Source of the DNA: an uncultured Acidimicrobiales bacterium
GTDB taxonomy: Bacteria > Actinomycetota > Acidimicrobiia > Acidimicrobiales > CAWCAL01
Assembly: GCA_963695075.1 (NCBI GenBank)
Contig: CAVOFR010000007.1
Location: 1,616,904-1,680,903, forward strand
DNA length: 64,000 nt
Direction of reading: 5' to 3'
Shown: piece by piece, positions 1 through 9,699 of the stretch
How the letters are laid out: each line of letters begins with the position of its first letter
Numbering within the stretch: position 1 is the stretch's first letter
Made by a program: the position numbers and the translations under genes
The notes under the pieces: model-generated
Told to the model about the DNA's origin: nothing
What the model saw: the letters and a program-made list of their open reading frames with translations, nothing else
Database searches by the model: none

Positions 1-544
1 AGCGGCGACACAGCATCCACATCTCGCGCGCCCGCTTCGCACCGACCACCTTGGTCAGGTAGGGGACGAAGAAGCCATCGGCGGGACTCGACACCTTCGG
101 CCCGGCCTGGCCGAACTTGGCATCGTCGGAGGCGATCGTGAAGTCGCAGCAGTAGGCCATGTGGTTGTGGCCTCCGAGGCAGTAGCCCTGAACGGCGGCG
201 ATCACCGGTTTGCGCGACAGCCGGATCAGGCGGTTGTGGGGATAGCGATTGTAGAAGGCCTCGCGTAGGCCCCACTTCTCCCAGTCCACGTTCCCGCCGG
301 CACCGAAGTTGCGGCCACTGCCCGCGACGACGATCGCGCCGATCGACGTGTCGTGGTTGGCGTCGTAGAAGGCGCGGAACATCTCGTCGACGGTCGCGAG
401 GGTCATCGTGTTGTACTCGTCGGGCTTGTCGATCGTGACCCGTGCCATGCCGCCTTCGAGGTCGGTGTGGAACCGTTTCTCGTAGCGGATCTCGTCGAAA
501 TCGAAACCCTCGCCGTCCACCTGTTCCCAAGCATCCCATGCCAT
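1..544 (-). CDS. MenB/BadI-like crotonase-fold enzyme (enoyl-CoA hydratase superfamily); C-terminal part cut by the window edge
   Basis: Not in the ORF track because it runs off the window. My own minus-strand translation from the ATG at 544 gives MAWDAWEQVDGEGFDFDEIRYEKRF..GMARVTIDKPDEYNTMT..VVAGSGRNFGAGGN..KPVIAAVQGYCLGGHNHMAYCCDFTIASDDAKFGQAGPKVSSPADGF..GAKRAREMWMLCRR. This resembles the MenB/BadI signature (FGQTGPKVGSFD..KKAREIWFLCR). Confidence 0.75.
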   Translation of the reverse strand, partial: MAWDAWEQVDGEGFDFDEIRYEKRFHTDLEGGMARVTIDKPDEYNTMTLATVDEMFRAFYDANHDTSIGAIVVAGSGRNFGAGGNVDWEKWGLREAFYNRYPHNRLIRLSRKPVIAAVQGYCLGGHNHMAYCCDFTIASDDAKFGQAGPKVSSPADGFFVPYLTKVVGAKRAREMWMLCRR

Positions 545-667
545 TGCGTTCACGTGTCCTTTGCGATTCGGTCGGCCGGTGGTGGACTATCGTCGAGCGA
601 GTCTAGACATCACTCAGAGGAGGGGACCGGGTCCGGTGGTGAGATACACGTTGATCCGGGCGGCGAG

Positions 668-1831
668 ATGAGCAGACCGGGACGCGACGGCTTCGTCGCC
701 TCCGAGGAGGCCTTCCACGCGAAGGCTCGAGAGGTCGCGGGGCTCGACGATTTCGGGGATTCGAGCTACAGAACGGGGCTCGGGATGCTTCTCGAGTCGC
801 TCGACCGCGACGCCGATCTCAGCGCCACCGGCAAGGCGATCTTCGAGGCTCAGATCGTCGCCGTCCTGGCGACGCGGCTGCGCGTGGAGCAGCGGCTCGA
901 TGACCAGGCCGCGGCGTCGATGCACGAGATCTCGCGCCCGATCGTGATCACCGGTCTGGTCCGCACGGGGAGCACGGCGCTGCACTACCTGATGGGACAG
1001 GATCCCGACCTGCAGAAGCTGGAGTACTGGCTCGCCGCCCATCCCCAACCCCGCCCTCCGAGGCAGGACTGGGACAGCCACCCGGACTTCCGGAGCTCCG
1101 CGGCGGAGCTGGCTCTTCTCTACGAGAACGCTCCGTCGCTCATGGCGGTGCACGAGATGCGAGCGGATTGGCCGGAGGAGTGCCGCCACATCCTGGAGCA
1201 GAGCTTCACCGATGACCGTTTCGAGGCTGCCGCCACGCTCCCGACCTACGCCGAGTGGTATCGCAACACGTCGCATGACGAAACGTATCGACGCCACAGG
1301 AGGCTGATCCAGCTCATCGGCTCCACCGACCCCGACCGCCGCTGGCTGCTGAAGTATCCCGTGCACCTGCGCCAGCTGCCGGCCCTCCTCGCGACGTACC
1401 CGGATGCATGCGTCGTCCAGACCCACCGGGACCCGTGTGCGGTCATCGCCTCATACACGAGCTTCGTGTCGAAGATCCGCGCCCTCCACGAGAACAGGGT
1501 CGACACACGAGCACTCGCCCGAGAGCTGGTCGAGAGCTGGGCCCATGCCGCCGAGGAAGGAATGGCAGCTCGTGACGAGCACGACCGCGACCGGTTCTTC
1601 GACCTGCACTTCTCCGGCTTCAGGTCCGACCCGATCGGCTCGGTGAGGAAGATCTACGACCACTTCGGTCAGGAGATGAGCCCGGAGGGCGAACGCAGGC
1701 TGGAGGCCTGGCAGGCCGATCACCCCGAAGGCGAACACGGACGACACGAGTACGCCAAGCGCGACATCGGTATCGGCGAAGACGAGATCCGGGATCGATT
1801 CTCGGAGTACATCGACCGCTTCGGTCTCTAG
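668..1831 (+). CDS. Sulfotransferase-family protein
   Basis: Internal ATG at 668 of track ORF 353..1831; the upstream part overlaps the divergent crotonase gene. It has a PAPS-loop-like PIVITGLVRTGSTALHYLM and the typical WLLKYPVHL / THRDP region. Third-codon-position GC is high. Confidence 0.65.
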   Translation: MSRPGRDGFVASEEAFHAKAREVAGLDDFGDSSYRTGLGMLLESLDRDADLSATGKAIFEAQIVAVLATRLRVEQRLDDQAAASMHEISRPIVITGLVRTGSTALHYLMGQDPDLQKLEYWLAAHPQPRPPRQDWDSHPDFRSSAAELALLYENAPSLMAVHEMRADWPEECRHILEQSFTDDRFEAAATLPTYAEWYRNTSHDETYRRHRRLIQLIGSTDPDRRWLLKYPVHLRQLPALLATYPDACVVQTHRDPCAVIASYTSFVSKIRALHENRVDTRALARELVESWAHAAEEGMAARDEHDRDRFFDLHFSGFRSDPIGSVRKIYDHFGQEMSPEGERRLEAWQADHPEGEHGRHEYAKRDIGIGEDEIRDRFSEYIDRFGL

Positions 1832-1849
1832 TTGCCTCCGCCGGCCGAG

Positions 1850-3157
1850 ATGCATCGTCTCCAGCGCAAGCGTCGGACCGACTACGAGCAGCGCCTGATC
1901 GACAGCGCGGCGACGCTCCTCCCGGCGTGCGCGCTCACGCCGACCATGTCGCTCGATTCCGCGATGGTCATCGAGCGCGCGCAGGGTTCGAGGATCGTCG
2001 ACATGAGCGGCAACGAGTACATCGACTACCTGCTCGGGTCGGGACCGATGCTGCTCGGGCACGCCCATCCGGCCGTCGTCGCCGCCGTCCGGGACCAGGT
2101 CGGCCGGGGCAGCAGCTATCTACTGCCCAACGAGCCGTCCATCCTGTTGGCGGAGGAGCTCGTCGCGGCCGTGCCGTGTGCCGAACGGATCGCCTACTGC
2201 AGCACCGGCTCCGACAGCGTCTTCTTCGCCCTGCGCCTCGCCCGTGCCCATCGGAACAGGAGCATGATCCTGAAGTTCGAGGGCGGCTATCACGGCCAGG
2301 CCGACCATGTCTCGATGAGCAACCAGTGGACTCGGGCACCCCAGCCGTTCCCGACGCCGGTGCCCAACTCCGAGGGCATTCCCGGATCGGTCGAGAGCGA
2401 AGTGCTGATCGCCCCCTTCAACGACCTCGAGACCTCGTCGGCGATCATCGACCGATTCTCCGACCAGCTCGCGGCGGTCGTCGTCGAGCCGATGCAGAGG
2501 ACGATCCCACCGGCGCCCGGCTTTCTCGAGGGCATCCGCCGGACGACGGCCGAGCACGGCATCCCCCTTGTCTTCGACGAAGTCGTGACCGGTTTCCGCC
2601 TGGGCTACGGCGGCGCTCAGCGCTACTACGGCGTGGTCCCCGATCTGTGTGCCCTGGGCAAGAGCCTGTCCGGTGGGCATCCCATCGGGGTGATCTGCGG
2701 CTCGAACGAGATCATGCAGCATGCCGAGGGAGTCCGACGGTTGACGGGTGGCTACGTGGCGATGACGGGGACCTTCAGCGGCAATCCGGTCTCGTGTGCG
2801 GCAGCGCTGGCCGTGCTGAAGGAGCTGCGGGCCGAGGGCACCTACGATCGGCTCTTCGCGAGGGGCCGCCGGCTCATGTCCGCGTTGGAGGCCGCCTGCG
2901 ACGACGCCGGGGTTCCCGTCCGGGTCACCGGCGAGCCACCGGCGTTCGAACCCTGGTTCACCGATGAGGAGGTCACCGACTTCCGGTCATCGCAGACGGC
3001 GGACTCGAGGTCGCGTTTCCGCTTCTCCCAGTCGTTGCTCGACCTCGGTGTCGTCAAGGGGCATGAGAAGTTCTTCGTGTCGACTGCGCACACCGACGCG
3101 GACATCGACTTCACCATCGACGTCATCACCGAGGCGGTCGCCCGGCTCGAAGCGTGA
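1850..3157 (+). CDS. Class-III (PLP) aminotransferase, glutamate-1-semialdehyde-aminomutase-like
   Basis: ORF 1832..3157. Motifs seen: YIDYLLGSGPMLLGHAHP, FEGGYHG, PLVFDEVVTGFR and ALGKSLSGG (PLP Lys). The start was placed at ATG 1850 and is uncertain. Confidence 0.8.
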   Translation: MHRLQRKRRTDYEQRLIDSAATLLPACALTPTMSLDSAMVIERAQGSRIVDMSGNEYIDYLLGSGPMLLGHAHPAVVAAVRDQVGRGSSYLLPNEPSILLAEELVAAVPCAERIAYCSTGSDSVFFALRLARAHRNRSMILKFEGGYHGQADHVSMSNQWTRAPQPFPTPVPNSEGIPGSVESEVLIAPFNDLETSSAIIDRFSDQLAAVVVEPMQRTIPPAPGFLEGIRRTTAEHGIPLVFDEVVTGFRLGYGGAQRYYGVVPDLCALGKSLSGGHPIGVICGSNEIMQHAEGVRRLTGGYVAMTGTFSGNPVSCAAALAVLKELRAEGTYDRLFARGRRLMSALEAACDDAGVPVRVTGEPPAFEPWFTDEEVTDFRSSQTADSRSRFRFSQSLLDLGVVKGHEKFFVSTAHTDADIDFTIDVITEAVARLEA

Positions 3158-3288
3158 TCCGGATCGCGCTGCGACTTGAGTTCACCGCTGGTTTTGCGAT
3201 AGACGAAGTAGTCTTCACCGTTTGGTAGCAAAACATAACCACAACGTTCAATCGGGTTCGGCCCGGGAGTCAGCGGGAAGGTGATGAC

Positions 3289-4101
3289 ATGCGAATCGTT
3301 GTCTGCATCAAAGAGGTCCTCGATCCCGACGCCGTGAACTCGTACGCCCTCGCCGGAGGTCTGGTGATCGGCGAGGACGGCAAGACGCTCACCCAGACCA
3401 CGATCCCGAGGCTGATGAACGGCTACGACGAACAGGCGATCGAAGCGGCCCTTCGGCTGCGCGACACCGGAACCGAAGCCACGATCTGTGCCGTCTCGGT
3501 CGGCTCCGATCCAACGGTCCCGTTGCGCCACGCCATGTCACTGGGGGTCGACGAGATCGTCGCCATCGAGCCTCCGCCCGACACCGACGACCACCATGTC
3601 GTGGCCGCCCTCCTGGCCGGATATGTCCGTTCCAGCGGAGGGGCCGATCTGGTGCTGTGCGGCCGCCAGGCGTCTGATGACGACCAGGGGGTGATCCCGG
3701 CGTTGATCGGTGAGACGCTCGGGATGACCACGGTGACCGTCGCCCGCAGCGTCGAGGTGTCGGGTCCCCCCGAAGCACCTGTGGTCAGGGTCACGAGGGT
3801 CACGCCCGAGGGAGACGAGCTCACCGAAGCGACGTGTCCGGCCGTGGTGACGATCAGCAACGAATTGGGTGAACCTCGGTATCCGACGATGCCGATGAAG
3901 ATGGCGGCACGGAAGGTGAAGCCCACCGTCGTCCGGTTCGGGGATCTCCCGGTCGATCCCGGGGACCTGGAGCCTCGGGTGGTGCTGGCCCGACAGTTCG
4001 TACCCGCGGTCCACGGCGATTGTGAGCTCATCTCCGGAGACGAGCCGGCCGAGCTCGCGGATGCGCTCGTCGCCAAGCTCGTCGGGGACAAGGTCCTTTG
4101 A
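3289..4101 (+). CDS. etfB: Electron transfer flavoprotein, beta subunit
   Basis: MRIVVCIKEVLDP.. N-terminus, 270 aa, immediately followed by the ETF alpha gene. Confidence 0.85.
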   Translation: MRIVVCIKEVLDPDAVNSYALAGGLVIGEDGKTLTQTTIPRLMNGYDEQAIEAALRLRDTGTEATICAVSVGSDPTVPLRHAMSLGVDEIVAIEPPPDTDDHHVVAALLAGYVRSSGGADLVLCGRQASDDDQGVIPALIGETLGMTTVTVARSVEVSGPPEAPVVRVTRVTPEGDELTEATCPAVVTISNELGEPRYPTMPMKMAARKVKPTVVRFGDLPVDPGDLEPRVVLARQFVPAVHGDCELISGDEPAELADALVAKLVGDKVL

Positions 4102-4159
4102 GACCGGTGCGAGTGGCCATCGGTTCCTCGAACGGGACTACGGAGAGGCAGGCGAGGTC

Positions 4160-5143
4160 ATGACGGCACCTGTGGTCGTGTGCAGTTGGCGCGGCGTTCG
4201 CGAGGAACCCGTCGAGGAGACCGAGGCGGCGCTCACGCTCGGGCGCGAGGTGAGCCGCGCTCTCGAGGTCGAGCTGCATTGGCTCGTGTTGGGACCGGCC
4301 CCGGATCATCTTCTCGAGACCGCAGCCGGATACGGCGTCGGAGCCGTCGACCGGATCGAGGACGCGAAGCTCGAGACCGGCCGGCCCGACGCCCTCGTCG
4401 AGGCGTTCGCGCAGTATTGCGCGGACCGTCCGGCCCGGCTGTTGTTGGTCAACCAGAACTTCGCGTCCCGTCTCGTCGCGCCTCGCGTCGCGGGGAGGTT
4501 GGGTTGCGCCGTCGTGATGAACGGTCTCGAGATCGCGGTCGAGGGCGATCGCCTCGATGTGACGGCCGCGGCGTACGGAGGCGATACCAGGGCTCTCTAC
4601 GAGGTAGCGGGCGGGAGTCCCTGTGTCGTCGCGTTGTTGGCGAACGCGGTCGCGCCCGAGCCCCTCGAAGGGCCGGTCCCCACGGTGAGCGACGTCGAGG
4701 TAGATCTCTCCGGTGTCGAGGAGCGGATCCGAATACTCGAGCCGGCGCGTACCGAGGGCCCCCGACTCGAGGATGCCGAGGTCATCGTCGCCGGGGGTCG
4801 AGGGCTCGGTTCGGAGGAGAACTTCGCCCTGGTCGAGGAGCTCGCCTCGGCCTTGGGCGGGATGGCTGCCGCTTCGCGGCCGCTCGTCGACGACGGTTGG
4901 ATCGATTCGTCCCGTCAGGTGGGGCTCACCGGCAAGATCACGCGACCCGGCCTCTACGTCGCGGCCGGGATATCCGGCGCGACGCAGCACATGGTCGGAT
5001 GCTCCGCCGCCAAGACGATCGTGGCGATCAACACCGACCCCGATGCGGCGATCTTCCGCCACGCCCGCTACGGGATCGTCGGGGACTGCTCGGAGGTCCT
5101 CCCGGAATTGATCCGGGCCGTGAACCAGAGAGGTGACTCCTGA
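4160..5143 (+). CDS. etfA: Electron transfer flavoprotein, alpha subunit
   Basis: Internal ATG at 4160 of ORF 4022..5143. C-terminal FAD-binding signature GRGLGSEENF..GLTGKITRPGLYVAAGISGATQHMVG..IVAINTDPDAPIF-like. Confidence 0.85.
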   Translation: MTAPVVVCSWRGVREEPVEETEAALTLGREVSRALEVELHWLVLGPAPDHLLETAAGYGVGAVDRIEDAKLETGRPDALVEAFAQYCADRPARLLLVNQNFASRLVAPRVAGRLGCAVVMNGLEIAVEGDRLDVTAAAYGGDTRALYEVAGGSPCVVALLANAVAPEPLEGPVPTVSDVEVDLSGVEERIRILEPARTEGPRLEDAEVIVAGGRGLGSEENFALVEELASALGGMAAASRPLVDDGWIDSSRQVGLTGKITRPGLYVAAGISGATQHMVGCSAAKTIVAINTDPDAAIFRHARYGIVGDCSEVLPELIRAVNQRGDS

Positions 5144-5580
5144 TGCCGACCGAACGCACCCCTGTCGTCGAGGGGCTGTTCAGTGATACCGCCGAGGGAC
5201 CGCGTCTGTTGGGATCGCGGTGTGGCGCCTGCGACGTGCCCTACTTCCCGAAGTCTGCTCTGTGCCACAACCCGGACTGCACGACCTCTGACATGAATGA
5301 CGCCGGTTTCGGTCCCTTGGGAACGGTGTGGAGCTACTCGATCCAGAACTACCCGCCTCCGCCGCCGGCCCGCTTCGACGAGCCCTACCGACCGTACGCG
5401 CTGGCCGTGGTCGATCTGGCCGACGGGCTGAGGGTCGTGGGCCGGATGGCCGTCGAGGACCCCGAGAGCGTGTCGGTCGGCGACCGGGTGGAGCTCGTGT
5501 TGGCGCCCATCTGCCGTGAAGAGGACGGGACCGAGCCGATCAGTTGGATGTTCCAGCCGATTCCGAGCCCGCAGACCTAG
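5143..5580 (+). CDS. DUF35 (Zn-ribbon + OB-fold, acyl-CoA-associated) protein
   Basis: CGACDVPYFPKSALCHNPDC zinc-ribbon followed by an OB-fold region. The ATG overlaps the etfA TGA (ATGA). It is followed by a thiolase-like gene. Confidence 0.8.
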   Translation: MPTERTPVVEGLFSDTAEGPRLLGSRCGACDVPYFPKSALCHNPDCTTSDMNDAGFGPLGTVWSYSIQNYPPPPPARFDEPYRPYALAVVDLADGLRVVGRMAVEDPESVSVGDRVELVLAPICREEDGTEPISWMFQPIPSPQT

Positions 5581-5601
5581 GCCGAACAGGGAGTGACGAC
5601 C

Positions 5602-6780
5602 ATGAGAGACGTAGCGGTCCTGGGAGTGGGTATGCACCCCTGGGGGAAGTTCCCGGACATCTCGATCACCGAGCTGTGCCGCCACGCCGTCGTGGAGGCG
5701 TTGGACGACGCCGGGGTGTCGTGGAACGAGATCGAGGCCGTGGCCGCGGCCAGTTCCCGGTTCTCGGGGGGCAAGGGCTGGGGTCTCAACGGCAACGACG
5801 TCGTCGAGGACATGGGTTCGACCGGGATCCCGGTCTACAACATGTCGGCCGGCTGTGCGGCGGGGGGAAACGCCTTCAATGTCGGCTACTCCCTGGTGGC
5901 CGGCGGCATCCATGACACGGTTCTCGTCTTCGGCGGCGAGAAGATGCCCAAGGGCTTCATCCAGACGTCGGGTGTCGAGGACGAGACCGACCCGGAGTTC
6001 CTCCGCCAGCGTTGTGTCGGCATGCCGGGCCCGGCGTTCTGGGCCCTGTTGTGTCGGAGGCGCATGGCCGAGCTGGGGACCACCGAGGAGCAGCTGGCCA
6101 AGGTCGCCGTGAAGGCGCATGAGATCGGGAAGCACAACGAGAACGCGCGTTTTCGTCAGGAGTTCACCCTGGAACAGGTGCTCGAATCCAGCATGGTGAG
6201 CGACCCGCTCCGCCTCTACGAGATCTGCCCCGTGAGCGACGGAGCGGCGGCGACGATCATCTGCTCCGCGGAAAAGGCCCGTCAGATCACGACGAACCCG
6301 GTCTGGGTCGCGGGCAGCGCCGTGGCCACAGCCCGGTTCGACGACGGCCTCCCGCGGGGCCTCGCCGGGATGGTCCCTCCGGGCGCCAGCTATCACAGTG
6401 AGGCCGCGCTCGCCGTCGAGAAGGCCCTCGCTCAGGCCGGTGCGGTGCCGGGCGACCTCGATTTCGTCGAGCTCCAGGACAACACCGTCTACTACGAGCT
6501 CGCCTTCCCCGAGGACTGGGGCCTCTGCGAGCCCGGTGAGGCCGAGCACCTTCTGGAGAGCGGCGAGACGCTGCCGACCGGCAAGATGCCGATCAACCCG
6601 AGCGGCGGCTTCCTCTGCTTCGGCGAGGCGACGACCGCAATGGGGGTTTTCCAGATCTGCGAGCTGACGTGGCAGCTGCGCGGCGACGCGGGAGCCCGAC
6701 AAGTGCCCGGGGCGAAGCTCGGTCTCGCTCAGACCCTGGGGTTGGGCGGCAACGGAACCGCGGTCGTGTTGAAACGTTAG
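5602..6780 (+). CDS. SCP-x-type thiolase-like protein (nucleophilic Cys present)
   Basis: ORF 5593..6780. I prefer ATG 5602 because GGGAG lies 9 nt upstream. Motifs: VLGVGMHPWGKF, NMSAGCAAGGNAF, C-terminal GLGGNG. Confidence 0.8.
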   Translation: MRDVAVLGVGMHPWGKFPDISITELCRHAVVEALDDAGVSWNEIEAVAAASSRFSGGKGWGLNGNDVVEDMGSTGIPVYNMSAGCAAGGNAFNVGYSLVAGGIHDTVLVFGGEKMPKGFIQTSGVEDETDPEFLRQRCVGMPGPAFWALLCRRRMAELGTTEEQLAKVAVKAHEIGKHNENARFRQEFTLEQVLESSMVSDPLRLYEICPVSDGAAATIICSAEKARQITTNPVWVAGSAVATARFDDGLPRGLAGMVPPGASYHSEAALAVEKALAQAGAVPGDLDFVELQDNTVYYELAFPEDWGLCEPGEAEHLLESGETLPTGKMPINPSGGFLCFGEATTAMGVFQICELTWQLRGDAGARQVPGAKLGLAQTLGLGGNGTAVVLKR

Positions 6781-6847
6781 ATATCATATCGATGAGAGGG
6801 GGCGTGGCCTTCTCTCGACGCCAATAACCAAGGTGGGAGTAGTGCAG

Positions 6848-8329
6848 ATGAGCGACCAGGAATACGAAGTCATCGTCATCGGGAGCGGCCCCGGCGGCCT
6901 GGCGTGTGCCGCACTCCTCCAGAAGCGCGGTACGCGAACCCTGCTCGTCGAGAAGAACAACGTGCTCGGCGGCAAGATGATGAGCATCGACGCCGACGGC
7001 TGGGCCTACGACCTCTTCCCCCACGGGCAGGTACCGATGCGGGGCTCGGCTTTCGAAACCGTCTTCGCCGAGCTCGGCGTTGCCGACGAGTTCGAGCCTG
7101 CGCTCGAGCCCGATGACGGGCGCGACGTCATCACGCTCGCCTACCGGCGGCACGACTGGGACGAGTACAAGACCGTCACCCAGAAACAGGCCATGGCCGA
7201 TCCCCAACCGTTCTTCGAGCTGTGGGGAGCGACCGAGGACGAGCAGGCGAGGGCCCTCGAGATCATGACCGAGATGGCCACGATCACCGACGAAGGGCTC
7301 GCCGAGCTCGACGAGGTGACGATGGAGGAGTGGCTGCTCGAGCGCGACGCGCCGGCACCGCTGTACAACTACATGGGATTCCACGCGAACGCGTCGCTGG
7401 CCGAGCCCTTGGACCTCGTGGCCGCCTCCGAACAGATGCTGATCATGAGACAGATCATGCTCCAGGGCGGGGGCGGTCAGTACAAGGGCGGCTTCGGCAA
7501 TCTCACCACGGTGATGGCACGCGAGTTCGAGAAGAACGGCGGGACCATCGTCAAGGGCGCCAGGGTCGAGAAGATCACGGTCGACAACGGTGCCGTGACG
7601 GGCGTGGAGACAGAGGCCGGCAGCTTCTCCGCACCTGTCGTCGTGAGCTCGGCCGGCATTCAGCCGACCGTTCTCAAGCTCGTCGGCGAGGAGTACTTCG
7701 ACCGGAGCTATGTCGATTACGTCAAGGGCCTGGTGCCGGGGTGGGCGTTCACGAGCGTCCGCTACTTCCTCTCCCGGCCGGTCATGGACACGGCGATGTA
7801 CGCGGTCTGGTCGGATGACAGCTGGCTCGACACCGAGCGCTTCCGCAAGCAGAAGGAGGGCGTCGAGCCCGACGAGGTGATCCTCTTCATGGTCAATCAC
7901 TCGTTCTACGACGAGCACGCCGCCCCGTCGGGCAAGCAGGTGCTCGTCTCGGGGACCGTCTGCTCGGCGGATCCGGATGCCACCGAGATCAAGGGCCTCT
8001 GGAGCCGCATGGACAAGCAGATGCAGGAGCTGTTCCCCGACATCTGGGATGCCACCGAACGCAAGGAGTACAACGGCCCGAAGGAGATCTCGTCGCTCAC
8101 CCGCGACGCGGTGCTGCCCGGGCAGGGCGGGGAGTGTGTCGGCCTCGCCCAGATCGTCGGCCAGTGCGGGTCGTTGAAGCCCAAGTCGGAGACGTCCATT
8201 CGTGGGCTGTACCTGGCGGGCGCCGACGCCGGTGCCGCCGGCATGGGTACACATCAGGCGTCCCTGTCCGGCATCGAAGTCGCCCGCCTCGCTCAACACT
8301 GTCTCAAGAAGATGTACAAGGCCCAGTAG
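6848..8329 (+). CDS. FAD-dependent oxidoreductase, phytoene-desaturase (CrtI) family (paralog A)
   Basis: YEVIVIGSGPGGLACAALLQKRGTRTLLVEKNNVLGGK dinucleotide-binding fold. ATG 6848 lies after AAGGTGGGAG. Confidence 0.8.
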   Translation: MSDQEYEVIVIGSGPGGLACAALLQKRGTRTLLVEKNNVLGGKMMSIDADGWAYDLFPHGQVPMRGSAFETVFAELGVADEFEPALEPDDGRDVITLAYRRHDWDEYKTVTQKQAMADPQPFFELWGATEDEQARALEIMTEMATITDEGLAELDEVTMEEWLLERDAPAPLYNYMGFHANASLAEPLDLVAASEQMLIMRQIMLQGGGGQYKGGFGNLTTVMAREFEKNGGTIVKGARVEKITVDNGAVTGVETEAGSFSAPVVVSSAGIQPTVLKLVGEEYFDRSYVDYVKGLVPGWAFTSVRYFLSRPVMDTAMYAVWSDDSWLDTERFRKQKEGVEPDEVILFMVNHSFYDEHAAPSGKQVLVSGTVCSADPDATEIKGLWSRMDKQMQELFPDIWDATERKEYNGPKEISSLTRDAVLPGQGGECVGLAQIVGQCGSLKPKSETSIRGLYLAGADAGAAGMGTHQASLSGIEVARLAQHCLKKMYKAQ

Positions 8330-8339
8330 GGGGCCGTTC

Positions 8340-9662
8340 ATGGACCTCGCCGTCGACGTGGCGGTCATCGGTGGCGGCCTGGCCGGTCTGGCCGCGGCCG
8401 AGCGGCTGCAACGGGAAGGGCGGGAGCCCGTCGTGTTCGAGGCGACCGATCGCGTCGGGGGCCGCCAGCGCACCACGAAGCTGGCCGGCGAGGTGCTCGA
8501 AGAGGGCGCGGTCTTCTTCGGCAGCAATTACCCGGTGCTCCAGGATTGCCTGCGCCGGACGGGACTCAGCGACCAGCTGAAGACCTTCGACCCCCTCGAG
8601 CGGCCGCCGCTGCCCGTCGGGGAGGCGATCAACGAGCCTGGGAGGAGGGGGCGAGCGTCGCCGACCGCGCTGATGCGCTCGCGTCGGATCCCCTGGAACG
8701 AGGCACTGAAGCTCGCGCCGTTCGGCGCCACCCTGCGGCTGCAGGGCCGTGAGATCCGCGACTCGCTCGGAAACCCCGAAAGCACGGCCTTGGCCCGCCG
8801 ACTCGACGGGGTCGACGCCGAGGACTACCTGCGCCGGCGGGTCGGGCCGGCCTTCGTCGAGTGGTTCGCCAGCCCGTTCCTCGAGGCACTGGGATTCGCG
8901 CCGGCGCGGGACTGGTCGGCGCTCGGCGCGCTCCAGATCCTGGTGTTCGCCGGCATGGCCCAGCTCTACGGAATCGAGGCCGGCAACGACGAGCTCGCCC
9001 GCCGGCTGGCCACCGACCTGGAGGTCAGGTTCGAGGCGCTCGCCACGGCGCTGGCCCCTGCGCCGGCCGGTGTCGAGCTCGAGATCGCCGACGCCGAGGG
9101 TTCGCAGACCATCGGATGCCGAGATGTGGTGTTGGCCATCCCCGCTCCCGCAACCCGCCGGCTGCTCTCGGGCGCGCTGCGCGAAGCCGTCGGGCGGTTC
9201 CGGTACAGCTCGTCGGTGGTGATCGCCGTCGGACTCGAGGATCTCGCCATCGAACTGCCAGCGTCGTCGGTATTCGGGGGGCCGGACGGCTACGGGCGCA
9301 TCAGCGGGATGGTGGCCGAGCGATCCCGGCCCGGAGCGCCGGTGATCGCCTACGGCGCACTGCGCCATCCGTGGCAGTACGAGATGTTCGAAGCCACCGA
9401 CGACGAGGTCGTCCCCCTCCTCACCGACGTTCTCGACGAGGCCAACGGGTCTCCCGTCCAGGTACTGGAGGAGCGGGTCGTGCGCTGGAAGCACTCGGTA
9501 CCGGTCACCGCTCCCGGCTCGATCGGGTTGCGCCGCGCCGCCCTCGCCCTGGCCGCTGAGCAGCCTCACCTCTTCCTCGCCGGGGACTGGATCGTCTCAC
9601 CCAGCCAGGAGGGTGCGCTCGTCTCGGGTCTGCTCGCCGCCGATTCCTTGCTGGACGGTTGA
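8340..9662 (+). CDS. FAD-dependent oxidoreductase, amine-oxidase/protoporphyrinogen-oxidase-like (paralog B)
   Basis: Internal ATG at 8340 of ORF 8202..9662. N-terminus VAVIGGGLAGLAAAERLQREGREPVVFEATDRVGGR. Confidence 0.75.
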   Translation: MDLAVDVAVIGGGLAGLAAAERLQREGREPVVFEATDRVGGRQRTTKLAGEVLEEGAVFFGSNYPVLQDCLRRTGLSDQLKTFDPLERPPLPVGEAINEPGRRGRASPTALMRSRRIPWNEALKLAPFGATLRLQGREIRDSLGNPESTALARRLDGVDAEDYLRRRVGPAFVEWFASPFLEALGFAPARDWSALGALQILVFAGMAQLYGIEAGNDELARRLATDLEVRFEALATALAPAPAGVELEIADAEGSQTIGCRDVVLAIPAPATRRLLSGALREAVGRFRYSSSVVIAVGLEDLAIELPASSVFGGPDGYGRISGMVAERSRPGAPVIAYGALRHPWQYEMFEATDDEVVPLLTDVLDEANGSPVQVLEERVVRWKHSVPVTAPGSIGLRRAALALAAEQPHLFLAGDWIVSPSQEGALVSGLLAADSLLDG

Positions 9663-9699
9663 GGCGTGGAGACCACCGCCAGCAGATGGAGGAGTGCAC

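Noticed and set aside
6779-6789. 11-bp palindrome GATATCATATC overlapping the thiolase stop codon, plus a weak GAGAG..CTCTC hairpin downstream.
   Set aside because: It is short and AT-rich and could arise by chance. No supporting promoter or terminator features are present.
5068-8527. Long minus-strand ORFs 5068..6702 (544 aa) and 6593..8527 (644 aa).
   Set aside because: They are antisense to the DUF35/thiolase/CrtI-like genes, which have strong family motifs. Their composition is Arg/Pro/Gly-rich and low-complexity.
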